A DNA stretch of 64,000 nt from a virus. The translations under genes and the position numbers were made by a program. This document shows, one piece after another, positions 60,911 to 64,000 of the stretch (the first letter of the stretch is position 1; each line of letters opens with the position of its first letter). Where the stretch lies: positions 37,888-101,887 of the IMG/VR virus record IMGVR_UViG_3300042514_001262, one strand, 5' to 3'. Below the pieces are notes generated by a model, which worked only from the letters and a program-made list of their open reading frames with translations, ran no database searches and was not told the origin of the DNA.

Positions 60911-61628
60911 GTGTAAAATTGAAAAAGATGTTTGTGAGTTCTTTACTGACAAATCAAAAAAGGAGGGGGTATACCCTTCCTGTAAAGTTTGTAAAAAACA
61001 ATATTTTTCAAATAATGATGTTAAAATTAAAGATTACCAACAAAAAAGACGGATGAATAATCCCGACTATGGTAAACAATTCCGAGAAAAAAATCCGGAT
61101 TATGTTAAAAATTATTATATAAATAATAGAACTAAAATGATTGATTCGGTAAAAAAACATTATTTTAAAAATAAAGAAACGATTTTAACAAAAAATAGAG
61201 AACGAGCATTAAAATATTATTATGAGAATATTGACATAATTAAAGAAAAACGTAAAGAATATGATAAAAATAATCGAGAAAAACGTAATAATTATATCTC
61301 CGACAGGAAATTAAATAACCCAATTTATCGATTATCTCACATTGTCAGAAACAGAATTAAACAATTTCTCAAAACAAATAACATAACCAAAAAGAACAAA
61401 ACATTTGATATTGTTGGTTGTACTCCTGAATTTCTTAAAGAACATTTAGAACGAAAATTTACGGAAGGAATGTCTTGGGATAATCAGGGTAAATGGCACA
61501 TTGACCATATCGTTCCATTATCTTCGGCAAAAACTGATGAAGAAATTTATAAGTTGTGTCATTACACAAATCTTCAACCACTATGGGCTAAAGATAACTT
61601 AAAGAAAGGAGATAAGATTATATCTTAA
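60888..61628 (+). CDS. HNH homing-type endonuclease, copy 2
   Basis: CSKC...CKVC, WHIDHIVPL...HYTNLQPLWAKDNLKK; clear paralog of 53202-53951. Confidence 0.88.
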   Translation: MEKKICSKCKIEKDVCEFFTDKSKKEGVYPSCKVCKKQYFSNNDVKIKDYQQKRRMNNPDYGKQFREKNPDYVKNYYINNRTKMIDSVKKHYFKNKETILTKNRERALKYYYENIDIIKEKRKEYDKNNREKRNNYISDRKLNNPIYRLSHIVRNRIKQFLKTNNITKKNKTFDIVGCTPEFLKEHLERKFTEGMSWDNQGKWHIDHIVPLSSAKTDEEIYKLCHYTNLQPLWAKDNLKKGDKIIS

Positions 61629-63298
61629 CATTCTTTTCTTAAACTTCTTTCATAATGGTCAAATCTATCGTGTTCAGTTGGTGTCATAAGTAATAATCCG
61701 GGATATAAACTACCATTTTTAACTAACTGATACATGTGACTCATCCACGTTTGTTCAAAACTATGAGCCCAAGTTGTGTCTAAAAACATTTTTTGATTAC
61801 CTGTTCTACTAACTATTTGAGGCCAATTACAATAATAAATTTCACCTGTTACATATGGTACTCCTTGATATGTGTTGACAGAATTATAAACAGCTCTTGG
61901 AGCATTTGGGTCTAATCCTTGTTCTGGTAATCTATTCTTACCTGGCCAATATTGTTCTCTAATATGTTGTGGGACATTATACCACGCCCATTGAGTTCCG
62001 TTATCTCCAAAAAACTCACTAAAGTTTAATTTTAAAAAATCAAAGTTTTCTTTTTTAACAATTTGAAGTGTTTTGGTATATAAATTTGGGACATATCGGT
62101 TAAATCCATTACGACATACATCACCTTCTTTAGGATAAAAGAACATATCGTCTTCAAAAAACAAATAAAAATCTAAATCAGTTTCATTTTGAAAATGTTC
62201 TGCAATCCATTGACGACCACCGCAAATACCTAAATTGTCTTTTTTAATATGTTCAAATCCATACTCTTCACATAATTTCAAATATTCCTCGGTGGTTGAT
62301 AAATCACTTGAATTATCTAATAAGAATTTCTTTGTTTTAGATATATAATCCTTATCGTATGCATTCATAGAGTCAATTAAAGTTCTGAATTGATTAGGAC
62401 TATTAAATGTTATAACATATAAACCAACTTTATTAGTATCTAAATTATTTTCCACTTTAATACTACTTTCAGATTTTGGTTTTAATTCATCATTTTTTAA
62501 ATCCTCAAAAAATTTACCAAATAAACCATTAGATTCAATCTCAAAATAATTAATTAAATCGGAATGAGTGTAACACATAATACTAAAAATAGATTCTTCA
62601 GTACCCATATAACCTTCCTCTAATGTAGTTTTTAGAAAATTATAATATATTCCATTCATGTCTGTTATGGTATGTTTTGGTCCTCCAAAAAATCCACCTC
62701 TAGCAACTTTATCAACTTTTGAACCCGCAACAGAATTTAACTTATTAAATTCAAATCCATGTATTTCAGTATTCGCCTCATATGGAAAACAAACAAATGA
62801 AAATTTTGAAATATATTTTGGTAATTTTTCTAACACTTTGTCGTGAGTAAAATATCCTGGGTGAACCGTGTTTGTTAATCCAGCGTCAATCCAAAACATC
62901 ATTTCAGAATTAAATGGGTCCATAATTCTGGCATCATTTAGTAAAAACATTTTAGACATTACTAAAGGATTATACATATCCAATTTTGCTTGAGTTGATT
63001 CAGGTAACCATCCCGCAAGATTATACCATTCAGGATTATTTCTTATTTCTTGAATTTTATTATAAAAGTCATTATTTTTAAACCAGTCTTGACTACGAGC
63101 AATGAATTGAGTGTTTTCGCGACTTCTTCTTTCAAATACAAAAGATTCTAAATCGGAATCACCAAAAATAATCATTGGATTATCAACCGTTAAAAGTTGT
63201 TCAAATTTATCTAAATAATGTTGAAACGAACGAGACCATCCTTGAGTTAGTTCATCTCTTTTAATATTCCAAAGTCCTGTTACTAATGTTATACTCAT
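61625..63298 (-). CDS. HtrL/YibB-like glycosyltransferase fused to a GT-A-like domain
   Basis: ITLVTGLWNI, FWIDAG, GGFFGG, GTEESI in the N-half; LLDNSSD, NLGICGGR, FFEDD in the C-half. Confidence 0.7.
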   Translation of the reverse strand: MSITLVTGLWNIKRDELTQGWSRSFQHYLDKFEQLLTVDNPMIIFGDSDLESFVFERRSRENTQFIARSQDWFKNNDFYNKIQEIRNNPEWYNLAGWLPESTQAKLDMYNPLVMSKMFLLNDARIMDPFNSEMMFWIDAGLTNTVHPGYFTHDKVLEKLPKYISKFSFVCFPYEANTEIHGFEFNKLNSVAGSKVDKVARGGFFGGPKHTITDMNGIYYNFLKTTLEEGYMGTEESIFSIMCYTHSDLINYFEIESNGLFGKFFEDLKNDELKPKSESSIKVENNLDTNKVGLYVITFNSPNQFRTLIDSMNAYDKDYISKTKKFLLDNSSDLSTTEEYLKLCEEYGFEHIKKDNLGICGGRQWIAEHFQNETDLDFYLFFEDDMFFYPKEGDVCRNGFNRYVPNLYTKTLQIVKKENFDFLKLNFSEFFGDNGTQWAWYNVPQHIREQYWPGKNRLPEQGLDPNAPRAVYNSVNTYQGVPYVTGEIYYCNWPQIVSRTGNQKMFLDTTWAHSFEQTWMSHMYQLVKNGSLYPGLLLMTPTEHDRFDHYERSLRKEC

Positions 63299-63304
63299 AA
63301 ATTA

Positions 63305-63931
63305 TTATTTTGTTTTACAAACCCATACCGCCTGAGAAAATTTATCTTGATTATAAGATTTAAGATTGTTTTCAACAACAGATTGCTCAATATCAGATTC
63401 AGTTATTTCACACCAATTCCAAATTTTGTCTTTAATTTCTGATTCATATATTTCTTTACTAACTGAATAATCGTGAGCTAAAATATAATCACCATTTTTA
63501 ATTAATTTTGAAAAAATCTTAAACTCTCCAATTTTCCATCCTCCATCACAAAGAACTATTGTTAATCCTTCTTGTTGAACAAAATCAACAACCTCTTGTT
63601 TAACTCCACTCCAATCTTCATTAAAGATATTTTCAACTCTAACATCAATTCCTTTTTCAATCATTTGATGATACCAAGGTTTTTCTGAAATATCGTAAGA
63701 TAAGATTTTAGTATTTAACTCTAACTCATCTGTAATGATTTTTAAAAACTCTGTAAATCCACCTAATGAGGTCCCAATTTCTAAAATTCTAACAGGTTTA
63801 ACTTCAGATATGAAATTATAAAAAACCTGATAGGCGTTATGACTTTGTTGTGCGGTATGCCCTCTAAAGGCAGATAAACTATCGTTTTCACTTAGGTTCG
63901 TAAACCTGGTTATATTTTCTTGTATATTCAT
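63305..63931 (-). CDS. SAM-dependent methyltransferase (CmcI / Methyltransf_24-like)
   Basis: ILEIGTSLGG, SYDI, LCDGG, ILAHDY motifs. Confidence 0.75.
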   Translation of the reverse strand: MNIQENITRFTNLSENDSLSAFRGHTAQQSHNAYQVFYNFISEVKPVRILEIGTSLGGFTEFLKIITDELELNTKILSYDISEKPWYHQMIEKGIDVRVENIFNEDWSGVKQEVVDFVQQEGLTIVLCDGGWKIGEFKIFSKLIKNGDYILAHDYSVSKEIYESEIKDKIWNWCEITESDIEQSVVENNLKSYNQDKFSQAVWVCKTK

Positions 63932-63933
63932 AA

Positions 63934-63999
63934 TTAAAATCTTATATGTAAATTTCCTGATTTATCGTGAAATTCAAAACAACTCGGTAATAATCCTCT
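63934..63999 (-). CDS. 3' end of an upstream gene (partial)
   Basis: Open frame ...RGLLPSCFEFHDKSGNLHIRF* ends 2 nt before the methyltransferase start. Confidence 0.5.
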   Translation of the reverse strand, partial: RGLLPSCFEFHDKSGNLHIRF

Positions 64000-64000
64000 A

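Noticed and set aside
6623-62846. Numerous 60-165 aa ORFs nested within or antisense to long genes (e.g. 8222, 22159, 22744, 26158, 33966, 53244, 53677)
   Set aside because: They lie within well-supported genes and show no motifs.
1-64000. Stop-codon reassignment, introns/inteins, tRNA genes
   Set aside because: Genes are full-length and densely packed in code 11. Polymerase, helicase, RNR and RecA show no intein-sized insertions, and no cloverleaf was recognised in the short intergenic gaps.

Overview
This is an AT-rich segment of a large, contractile-tailed (T4-like architecture) dsDNA phage read in the standard genetic code. The host is almost certainly a Bacteroidota member: there are two exact TTTG-N19/20-TAnnTTTG promoters, SprB-type repeats, and no Shine-Dalgarno sites at most starts inspected. 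Left to right it holds tail fibre/appendage and baseplate genes (1-20076), an inserted replication block (class II RNR, DnaB-type helicase, 5'-3' exonuclease, RecA/UvsX, gp32-like SSB), and giant baseplate hub and tube-initiator proteins. These are followed by tape measure, chaperone, tube, sheath, tail terminator and neck genes, an SNF2 helicase, a superoxide dismutase fused to a nuclease-like domain, a family B DNA polymerase, and glycan-modification genes. The most striking element is at 56959-57193: an orphan CRISPR-like mini-array with three 36-nt repeats, a degenerate fourth, and 31/30/30-nt unique spacers. The repeats resemble type VI-B (Cas13b) repeats, and the first one is the in-frame coding sequence of the C-terminus of a 106-aa phage gene. 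No cas genes are in the window. Other notable items are two copies of a ribbon-helix-helix + HNH cassette, a candidate +1 frameshift in the tail chaperone, a pervasive TATTTAT upstream motif, and an OmpA-like domain inside a baseplate protein. All assignments come from motif recognition by eye; no database search was run.
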